Part shown: piece after piece, positions 56,834 through 64,000 of the stretch
Numbering within the stretch: the first letter of the stretch is position 1
How the letters are laid out: each line of letters opens with the position of its first letter
DNA from: Candidatus Poribacteria bacterium
Lineage (GTDB): Bacteria > Poribacteria > WGA-4E > WGA-3G
Assembly (NCBI GenBank): GCA_003635255.1
Contig: PYJC01000091.1
Location: 992 to 64,991 of the forward strand
Direction of reading: 5' to 3'
DNA length: 64,000 nt
Translations under genes and position numbers: made by a program
The notes under the pieces: generated by a model
Databases searched by the model: none
Told to the model about the DNA's origin: nothing
The model's input: the letters and a program-made list of their open reading frames with translations, nothing else

Positions 56834-58096
56834 ATGAGCACACATCACACCTACGACACCATCGTTATCGGGGGCGGACCGGCTGGGAGTACCGTCGCAA
56901 CGCTTGTCGCTGAACAAGGGTATCGCGTGCTGCTCCTTGAACGCGCAACGACACCGCAATTCAAAATCGGCGAATCGCTGATTCCCGCGACATACTGGAC
57001 CTTCAAACGACTCGGTATGCTCGAAAAGTTGCGGGCAAGTCATTTCCCACAGAAGTACAGCGTACAATTCTATTCGCGCAGTGGCAAAGGCTCCATGCCG
57101 TTCTACTTTTTCCAAACCAACCCACATGAAAGTGCCGTCACATGGCAGGTGCTACGGAGTGAGTTTGACGAGATGCTCTTAGACAACGCCAGAGAGAAAG
57201 GTGTAGAGGTCCGCCACGGCGTAGGGGTGCGAGAAGTCCTCTTTGAAGGCGATACAGCAATCGGTGTTTTAACACAGAACACAGATGGCACCCGCGAAAC
57301 ACACCACGCAACTGTCATCGTCGATTCTACTGGGCAGCGGTCGCTCATCGGAAGGCAGCTGAACCTGAACACGATAGAGCCGAACCTCAAAATGGCATCG
57401 CTCTTCACGCATTATGAAGGCGGACATAGAGATGAAGGTATCGACGAAGGCGCGACGCTCATCTTACACACCGAAGAGAAAGATTCTTGGTTCTGGTCGA
57501 TTCCACTCCCGTATAACCGCACGAGTATCGGGGTTGTCGGTGAGTTGGACTATCTCCTCCAAAGTCGCAGAGATGCTGACGGTAGACTCGACACTCAGAA
57601 AATCTTCGACGAAGAACTCGCGAAGTGTCCGCCATTGCAGCAGCGCCTCGAAGGGGCGAAGCAGCTGCTCCCGATCCAAACCACGAAAGATTTTTCATAC
57701 CGCGCCAGTCGTATCGCAGGCAACAACTGGGTGTTGGTAGGTGACGCATTCGGATTCTTGGATCCCGTCTACTCGACTGGGCTGTTTCTGGCACTCAAAT
57801 CCGGAGAGATGGCAGCGGATGTCATCATTGAAGCCTTCCAAAAAGACGACTTCTCCGAAGCACAACTCGGTAGTTTCGGACCGGCGTTTGTGGACGGAAT
57901 GGAGGCGTTTCGGAAACTTGTTTATGCTTTTTACACAAAAGAATTCAGTTTCGCGCGGTTTCTATCAGAGTACCCGGAACATCAGGGCGGTATCGTTGAC
58001 ATTCTGAGCGGTGATGTGTTTAGAAAAGACGTAACACGCATCTTCCCAGCAATGGCAGAAATGTGTCCACTGCCACCTGAGATATCGCTCGATTAA
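56834..58096 (+). CDS. FAD-dependent oxidoreductase with flavin-dependent-halogenase-like motifs
   Basis: VIGGGPAGS (GxGxxG), FKIGESLIPAT, WFWSIP (WxWxIP) and GDAFGFLDPVYSTG. Confidence 0.7.
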   Translation: MSTHHTYDTIVIGGGPAGSTVATLVAEQGYRVLLLERATTPQFKIGESLIPATYWTFKRLGMLEKLRASHFPQKYSVQFYSRSGKGSMPFYFFQTNPHESAVTWQVLRSEFDEMLLDNAREKGVEVRHGVGVREVLFEGDTAIGVLTQNTDGTRETHHATVIVDSTGQRSLIGRQLNLNTIEPNLKMASLFTHYEGGHRDEGIDEGATLILHTEEKDSWFWSIPLPYNRTSIGVVGELDYLLQSRRDADGRLDTQKIFDEELAKCPPLQQRLEGAKQLLPIQTTKDFSYRASRIAGNNWVLVGDAFGFLDPVYSTGLFLALKSGEMAADVIIEAFQKDDFSEAQLGSFGPAFVDGMEAFRKLVYAFYTKEFSFARFLSEYPEHQGGIVDILSGDVFRKDVTRIFPAMAEMCPLPPEISLD

Positions 58097-58132
58097 TATG
58101 GAACACACGGCACATATCTATAGGAGAATTTC

Positions 58133-59152
58133 ATGAAATCAATCACGTCCTATCTATCCATTATTGTTCTCATCCTTGCCCTGAGTACGGGGTTCGGATG
58201 CGATGACGCACAAAAACGCCAAGCTGCCGAGGATGAGAAGATAGAGGGTGGTAACACCGCAAAACGTGTTAACATCAGCATCGGGACTGCCCCGACAGGT
58301 GGTGCCTTTTTCGTCGTCGGTAGTGCAATCGCTGCTGTCGTTAGCGATAACACTTCGGAAACTGGTTGGGAAGTAACCGCTGAAAGCACAAAAGGCACAC
58401 AGGAAAACATCCGCCGCCTCGTGAATAATGAACTGGAGTTCGCACTTGCGAACGCCGCGATCTCCTACTTTGCTGTGCGTGGCGAAGGCGCGTGGAAAAC
58501 GGAACATCCCGTCCGTGCCGTTATGACACTTGCTCCCAACGTCGGTCTGTTTATTACACCGCAGTCCTCTGGTATCCGTAAAATCCAAGATTTCGCGGGA
58601 AAACGGATTGTCGTTGGCCCCGCAGGTGCAGGTTTTGAGTATTTTCTCAGACCAATATTGTCCGCCCATGGCATCAGTTACGAAGATTTTTCACCGCTTA
58701 ACAGTACTTACATCGGAGCGAAGGATCTGTTAGCAGACGGTTCCGCTGCTGCAGCATTCATGGGCGGTGCAATCCCAACGCCAGCAGTCATACAAGCCGT
58801 TACGTCCCAGGACATCTTTTTCATTCCGTTCGATGAAGCAGCGAAACAATCTCTCTTTGAAAAGTACCCCTTCTTTAACGCGATAACTATCCCTGCTGAT
58901 GCCTATCAAGGACAGACAGCGCCGTTTGCGAGTATGAACGTAGGTTCAATGCACCTGATCACCACCGAGACAACTGATGAAGGGACAGTTTATGAATTCA
59001 CGAAAACCTTGTACACACATCGCGCAGAAGTCGTCAAGATACATAAAGCAGGGAAAGCGATTAATCCGAAAAATGTCGTCAAGGATACAGGTACACCTTT
59101 CCATCCGGGTGCCATCCGTTTCTATCGCGAAATCGGCATCTGGAACGAATAA
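58133..59152 (+). CDS. TAXI-family TRAP transporter solute receptor (lipoprotein-like signal)
   Basis: ISIGTAPTGGAFFVVG, TKGTQENIRRL and GTPFHPGAIRFYRE blocks. No TRAP membrane subunit is adjacent. Confidence 0.75.
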   Translation: MKSITSYLSIIVLILALSTGFGCDDAQKRQAAEDEKIEGGNTAKRVNISIGTAPTGGAFFVVGSAIAAVVSDNTSETGWEVTAESTKGTQENIRRLVNNELEFALANAAISYFAVRGEGAWKTEHPVRAVMTLAPNVGLFITPQSSGIRKIQDFAGKRIVVGPAGAGFEYFLRPILSAHGISYEDFSPLNSTYIGAKDLLADGSAAAAFMGGAIPTPAVIQAVTSQDIFFIPFDEAAKQSLFEKYPFFNAITIPADAYQGQTAPFASMNVGSMHLITTETTDEGTVYEFTKTLYTHRAEVVKIHKAGKAINPKNVVKDTGTPFHPGAIRFYREIGIWNE

Positions 59153-59433
59153 AACCTCTACTTTTCGTTTTTATACTTTTCACAAAATCATGCCCGTTTT
59201 CGTCTTTAAAGTGTGTTAATAATTGAGCCGCAAATGGGCGCATTTTACGTGCATAAATCAGGCAGTGAGAATCCCATACAAAATTTTCACTGTCTTTTTT
59301 TGCGTTAAGGGTCTCTATATAAACAGCGTATATAACCGGTTCTCCGAAAATACGTAGACATTTACCGGTAGGCACGCTTCGTAAATTCATTAGCCATTTT
59401 GCATTCCTAAAACACAAAAACTTGGAGGTCAAG

Positions 59434-62400
59434 ATGAATTCAAAAGGACATATTGATCGCAACGCATTCCCACAAGGCAGAACAGATGCCCAACATCTAC
59501 CCGTTAACTTGTATCCAGGCCAACATCTTCACGGCTTTGAGGTAAAAGTTGTCACACCTATTGACGAATTACGCGCAGTAGCAATAGAACTCTTGCATCC
59601 ACACAGCGGCGCACGCCTACTTCATCTCTATACAGACGACACCGGAAACTGGTTCTCAATCAGTCCAATAACTCCAACACTCGACGATACAGGGTTACAG
59701 CATATCCTTGAGCACTCTGTAATGGCAGGATCTCGGAGGTATCCGGTAAAAGATGTCTTCTTTGAAATGATAAAAATGAGCCTCGCCAGTGCGAATGCTA
59801 TGAACTTCTCTGATCATGCCTATTACTACGCTTCAAGCAATGTCAAAAAGGATCTGTTCAATTTCGCAGAGATCCACTTTGATTCGGTTTTTCATCCGCT
59901 ACTGACAGAGAAAACTTTCAAACGTGAAGGACACCATCTTGAACCCGCTGATCCAGATCAGCCCACAGGAGATTTAAAAATAAATGGAATCGTCTACAAT
60001 GAAGTGAAAAACAGTTTATCCGCTCCAGAAGCGTGCTTGGATTTTGCTGTGACCGGTGGGCTTCTACCCGACACCTGCTATGCCCGTAATAGTGGTGGGA
60101 ACGCATTGGTTATGCCTGACTTAACCTACGAACAATTGAAAACCTATCACAAAACTTACTTTCATCCGAGCAACTGTTACTTCTTCTTCTACGGCAATAT
60201 TCCAACAAGTGATTATCTCGAATTTCTCGCCGATAAATTGGCGGCACTTCCAAAGGCTACCACGAAAGCGTTTCTACATCCCCTCCGCGCGGAAATCTCA
60301 CAGCAACCCAGGTGGAAATCCCCGCGAACTGTGACGGATACCTATCCAATTGGCATAAATGAATCACTCACTGAAAAGACATACCTGATGCTCAGTTGGC
60401 TCATCGGCGGGACAACTGATCCCGAAGATGTCATCCTATGCAGTATTTTAAACTTGATTCTGCTTGGTAATGAAGGCGCACCGCTCCGCAAGACAATCAT
60501 GGATTCAAAACTCGGAACTGATATACTCAATGATTCCCAAAGAGATTTTATAGGACCGAACAGAACTTTTCGTGTTGGTCTGATCGGAAGCGAAGCAGAT
60601 CGCGTTGACACTTTCACGGAATTGGTCATCAATACACTCACGCAAATTGCAGATGCAGAAATTGACCAAGAGAAGGTGGAAGCCGCATTCCAACAAATCA
60701 CATACGACTATCAGGAAGTGGCACCGAACTTCCCGTTTCAAATGATGAAGCGCGTCGTGAATACCTGGATATACGAAAAGGAGCCGACCCGCTTTTTGAA
60801 GATGGGGAAGCACCTATCTACTATCCGTCAACGATGGGAACAAAATCCGCGCATCTTCAATGAATTGATCCGCGAGCGGCTCCTTGACAATCCGCATCGG
60901 TTAACGACCATCCTTACTCCTGATCCAGATATGCAGGCAAGGCTTGATGCTAATGTGAATGAACGTCTTAAAGCAATTCGCGCGCAACTCACTGATGAAC
61001 AGATGAAACAGATTGCTGCTGATGCCGCGGAACTGGAACGTCTTAATGGGCAGCCCAACTCACCAGAAGATTTAGCGAAGTTGCCACAACTGAGTGTCTC
61101 TGAGCTGCCAAAAGAACCCCTACACATTCCTACAACTGTTGAGACGGTTAGTGGATGTACGCTGCTTCGGAACGACATTTTTTCAAACGGTGTGAACTAC
61201 CTTGTGCTAAATTTCGATTTACAAGGGTTACCGCAACACCTTTGGCAGCATTTACCCAGATACACCGATGCTATCAGTAAACTCGGTGCCGGAAATATAA
61301 ATTACGAACAGATGGCGCAGCGTACCGCAGCCGCTACTGGTGGATTAGAATGTTCTCCCAACTTTAGCACACATGCCCTTAACGCTAACCAACCTGTGTG
61401 GAACATGCAGTTTCGACTCAAATCACTTGACGGAAAAATGGAGGTTGCCTTAGACGTTTTGCACGATCTGGTTTTTGATGTGAACCCACGTGATAAAGAA
61501 CGTCTCTACAACGTGCTCAGTCAAGCAGTCGTAGGCTATCAGAATCAGATACACGGCTATCGCGGTCCAAGTATTGCCGATCATCACGCTGCTCGCTGGT
61601 TTTCATCACAGGCGCATCTTTCAGAAATCGTCTTCGGGGTGTCACAATTTCGCACGAGTGAAATGCTGCTTAACCGTTTTGATGATTCTTATGAGGAGCT
61701 TAGCAGTTCCATTGAACAGATCCGAGATTTCCTGTTAGTCCAAGGTCGCGTCACTGCAAGTTTTACCGGTTCTGACGCAGCTTTTGAGGTGTTTCAAGGA
61801 CGATTCGCCGCATGGATCGCGGACATGCGTGATGAACCGCTGGCTTCAGTAGTGCCAACAGATTTTAAACCTTTTGATACACGACCACGTGAAGGATTGG
61901 CGGCTCCTATTCAAGTAGCACACTGCACCCAGGCGATGCCAGCACCACACTACTCGCATCCGGATTCAATCCTCTTGACCATCGGTTCACATATCCTGAT
62001 GTTTGATTATATGTTACCCGAAATCCGGCTCAAAGGCAATGCCTACATTGGTGCTTTTACATATAATCCATTTGAATCCTTGATCTATCAAGGCTCGCAA
62101 TTTGACCCGCACGTTGCCCGAACACTCAACGTTTTCGCCCATATCATTGACTATGTTAAACGGATAGAGTGGACGCAATCGGATATTGATAAGGCTATTA
62201 TTGCAACAGCGTCGGATTACCAAAAAACAATCCGACCCGGGCAAGCCTCAACGGATGCCCTTACGCATCATCTCATAGGACAGACGCACGAGATGATCGA
62301 AGAAAAATATGCCCAACTTCGACGCGCAACCCCCAAGGAGGTAAAACGCGCGCTGCTTCAAGTCCTTGAAGAAAATCGGGACAAAGCCTCAATTTGTGTT

Positions 62401-62478
62401 ATCGCGAGTCGTGAGAAATTAGAAGCCGAAAATCAGAGGATGACGCAACCGCTTCACATCGAAAATGTTTTTGAGTAG
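59434..62478 (+). CDS. M16-family zinc metallopeptidase, PreP (presequence protease)-like
   Basis: GGAGG RBS and HILEHSVMAGS (the inverted HxxEH zinc motif). The ~1014-aa length is typical of the M16C family. Confidence 0.85.
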   Translation: MNSKGHIDRNAFPQGRTDAQHLPVNLYPGQHLHGFEVKVVTPIDELRAVAIELLHPHSGARLLHLYTDDTGNWFSISPITPTLDDTGLQHILEHSVMAGSRRYPVKDVFFEMIKMSLASANAMNFSDHAYYYASSNVKKDLFNFAEIHFDSVFHPLLTEKTFKREGHHLEPADPDQPTGDLKINGIVYNEVKNSLSAPEACLDFAVTGGLLPDTCYARNSGGNALVMPDLTYEQLKTYHKTYFHPSNCYFFFYGNIPTSDYLEFLADKLAALPKATTKAFLHPLRAEISQQPRWKSPRTVTDTYPIGINESLTEKTYLMLSWLIGGTTDPEDVILCSILNLILLGNEGAPLRKTIMDSKLGTDILNDSQRDFIGPNRTFRVGLIGSEADRVDTFTELVINTLTQIADAEIDQEKVEAAFQQITYDYQEVAPNFPFQMMKRVVNTWIYEKEPTRFLKMGKHLSTIRQRWEQNPRIFNELIRERLLDNPHRLTTILTPDPDMQARLDANVNERLKAIRAQLTDEQMKQIAADAAELERLNGQPNSPEDLAKLPQLSVSELPKEPLHIPTTVETVSGCTLLRNDIFSNGVNYLVLNFDLQGLPQHLWQHLPRYTDAISKLGAGNINYEQMAQRTAAATGGLECSPNFSTHALNANQPVWNMQFRLKSLDGKMEVALDVLHDLVFDVNPRDKERLYNVLSQAVVGYQNQIHGYRGPSIADHHAARWFSSQAHLSEIVFGVSQFRTSEMLLNRFDDSYEELSSSIEQIRDFLLVQGRVTASFTGSDAAFEVFQGRFAAWIADMRDEPLASVVPTDFKPFDTRPREGLAAPIQVAHCTQAMPAPHYSHPDSILLTIGSHILMFDYMLPEIRLKGNAYIGAFTYNPFESLIYQGSQFDPHVARTLNVFAHIIDYVKRIEWTQSDIDKAIIATASDYQKTIRPGQASTDALTHHLIGQTHEMIEEKYAQLRRATPKEVKRALLQVLEENRDKASICVIASREKLEAENQRMTQPLHIENVFE

Positions 62479-62645
62479 AGTCGGGTTCACTTCACAAAGT
62501 AGCCCCATTGAAACAGGCATATACACCGAACGATTTAACGCAGTAGGTCTACTACGCTCTATTCCAGAAATAGTTCGCAGGGATGCAAGCCGATGTTTAA
62601 GTCATTGTTGTTACCAAGACTACTTAACATACGTTGAAAAATTAC

Positions 62646-62674
62646 TTGACTTTAATGGGATTTTCTGATAGAAT
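62646..62674 (+). promoter_or_regulatory. sigma70-type promoter candidate for dnaN
   Basis: TTGACT (62646-62651), 17 nt, TAGAAT (62669-62674). An AAGGAG RBS lies at 62691-62696. Confidence 0.45.
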
Positions 62675-62704
62675 TGTAGGAATACTTAACAAGGAGTACC
62701 ATAA

Positions 62705-63808
62705 ATGGAACTAACTTTTGAAAAAGATGATCTCTTACATTCTTTGCAAATCCTACAAGGTGTCGCGAGTGGACGTAGTACCTTACCAATTCTTTCAAAC
62801 GTCCTTATCCAAGCTGCAGATGGAAAAATTGAGTGTGTCGCCACGGACCTGGAAATCGGGATTAAGATTAGGGTGGAAGGTGTCATCCAAGAAGATGGTG
62901 CAATCACTGTCTCTGCCAAAAAATTGGCTGACATCGTCAAAGAATTACCTACCGACAAAACTATACACCTCGTAACCACAGCAAATAATCGTGTTGAAAT
63001 CACCTGTGGCGACGGCGTTTATAAGATTATTGGACTCTCGGACGAAGAGTTTCCGCAATTGCCTTCCGTTGATGGACATTCACTGACGATTGAAGGCGAA
63101 ACGCTACGCGCTGTTCTTCGTAGAACTGAATTCGCCGCAGCGACAGATGATGTGCGTTACTTCCTAAACGGTCTCTATTTTAGTTTCCTTGAAGATAGAA
63201 CCGAAGTTGTCGCTACTGATTTTGTCCAACTCGCACTCGCGCGATGCGAAGCGTTCAATACCCCAGAGAACATAGACGGGTTCATCGTTCCACTGAAAGC
63301 CGTTAAAGAGATTGAACGCACCTTCGCTGTGTCTGATAAAGTGCAGGTCTCAATTCTTGAAAACCAGATTCTCTTCGCCGATGAGCATGCGACCTTAACC
63401 ACACGCCTCGTGGAGGGCGACTATCCGAAATATCAAGAAGTCATCCCAAAATCTATGGAAGGCAGTGCAGTCGTCTCCAAAGAACAACTGCTACATGCAA
63501 CCCGGCGCGTGGCACTCTTATCGAATCCGAAGAGTTATTGTATCTGCTTGGAGATCAATTCTGAACAGATTCAGGTTTCAACGCAGGCACCGGAATTAGG
63601 CGAAGCACACGAGACACTTCCTGTGGAGTCCTGTACTGGAGATATCCGATTCGGCATTGATGCACGTTTGCTGGTAGAAACGCTGGCACACATCGAAACG
63701 GAGTCGGTTGCGATAGAATTCACAAGCGAAGTGAAGCCTATAACCTTTAAACCGATTGATACGGGAGGACATATTTGTCTTGTCGTGCCAATGCGCTTGG
63801 AAACTTAA
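62705..63808 (+). CDS. dnaN: DNA polymerase III beta sliding clamp
   Basis: 367 aa. The start (L..L..V.......LPILSNVLI) and ending (PMRL) are typical of DnaN. Confidence 0.9.
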   Translation: MELTFEKDDLLHSLQILQGVASGRSTLPILSNVLIQAADGKIECVATDLEIGIKIRVEGVIQEDGAITVSAKKLADIVKELPTDKTIHLVTTANNRVEITCGDGVYKIIGLSDEEFPQLPSVDGHSLTIEGETLRAVLRRTEFAAATDDVRYFLNGLYFSFLEDRTEVVATDFVQLALARCEAFNTPENIDGFIVPLKAVKEIERTFAVSDKVQVSILENQILFADEHATLTTRLVEGDYPKYQEVIPKSMEGSAVVSKEQLLHATRRVALLSNPKSYCICLEINSEQIQVSTQAPELGEAHETLPVESCTGDIRFGIDARLLVETLAHIETESVAIEFTSEVKPITFKPIDTGGHICLVVPMRLET

Positions 63809-64000
63809 GGCACGAAACCTACAAACATTACTTTCCGACTGCAAGGGAGGTTAATCTTTATTCAAACCGGTGAACGGATGAGTCCCTCCCTAAGCAGCAC
63901 GCCCCGTGTGCAACAGGTCCGGTTTGGTGTTACAGAGAGGTACCGAACCGATTCAACGCGGGGAGGTCTACCAACCCTATTCCAGAAAGAGTCCACAAGG

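Noticed and set aside
59079-59462. 127-aa minus-strand ORF in the TAXI / M16 intergenic region (IYAVYIE... vaguely GIY-YIG-like)
   Set aside because: It overlaps the 3' end of the TAXI gene and the M16 start. There is no RBS, and the GIY/YIG spacing does not fit, so support is insufficient.
62479-62704. oriC next to dnaN
   Set aside because: I saw no TTATCCACA/TGTGGATAA DnaA boxes and no AT-rich 13-mer cluster in either dnaN flank, and dnaA is not present.
63895-63950. RNase P RNA-like strings (GTGCAACAG ... ACAGAGAG)
   Set aside because: The universally conserved GAGGAAAGUCC segment is absent, and the spacing does not fit the P10-P12 layout. The resemblance is probably by chance, and the region is left unassigned.
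63878-64000. Open frame MSPSLSSTPRVQQVRFGVTERYRTDSTRGG... running off the window
   Set aside because: There is no SD at a proper distance and no resemblance to recF, gyrB or other usual dnaN neighbours. It cannot be supported as a CDS from 41 codons.

Overview
This is a 64-kb bacterial chromosomal segment. It is densely coding, with about 55 protein genes, and I recognised no rRNA, tRNA or CRISPR array. All calls rest on motif recognition in the ORF track plus manual reading of intergenic DNA; no database search was possible.

Housekeeping and metabolic backbone:
- aroA (partial, at the window start), a DapA-family aldolase, a PhoR-like histidine kinase, tenA, and a double-ABC sugar-transporter ATPase.
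- tsaE, a GT4 glycosyltransferase, a DUF2064 transferase and an SDR.
- Two PhyH-type dioxygenases, three or four xylose-isomerase-like TIM-barrel proteins, and a Gfo/Idh/MocA oxidoreductase.
- sbcDC, aroQ, and a DegT aminotransferase / YkgJ / DUF2156 / thiamine pyrophosphokinase string.
- A threonine-dehydratase-like enzyme, two CBS proteins, korAB, an M55 peptidase, a LamG protein, an Fe-ADH and a PQQ-propeller protein.
- A chorismate-lyase-like protein, a HemN-like radical SAM enzyme, a PaaK-like ligase, a halogenase-like flavoprotein, a TAXI receptor, an M16 (PreP-like) peptidase and dnaN.

Accessory content:
- Three toxin-antitoxin pairs (HicAB, RelE/ParE-like, PIN) plus a lone DUF433 gene.
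- A truncated TnpB remnant, a truncated Gfo/Idh/MocA pseudogene and an orphan sigma70 region-4 fragment.

Most interesting candidates:
1. An AT-rich insertion (about 51.9-56.8 kb) carries a PIN TA pair and a 1329-aa single-polypeptide fusion of a compact UvrD-type SF1 helicase, an intact RuvC-like nuclease (D-E-H-D) and about 640 aa of TPR super-repeats.
2. A second UvrD-type helicase (2268-5963) has a Cas4/AddB-like Fe-S PD-(D/E)XK nuclease and an Mrr_N-like N-terminus with recent in-frame tandem duplications. It is preceded by a near-consensus promoter driving a pseudoknot-capable structured-RNA candidate.
3. A two-gene module pairs a Rad52/Sak-like annealase candidate with a Uma2 PD-(D/E)XK nuclease.
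4. There are several families of small non-coding repeats: a shared 18-nt 5' box forming long leader hairpins, sense-oriented CTGAYAA heptamer arrays in 5' leaders, and a duplicated 21-nt hairpin unit.

The functional interpretations of items 1-4 are inference and need homology, structure and comparative checks.
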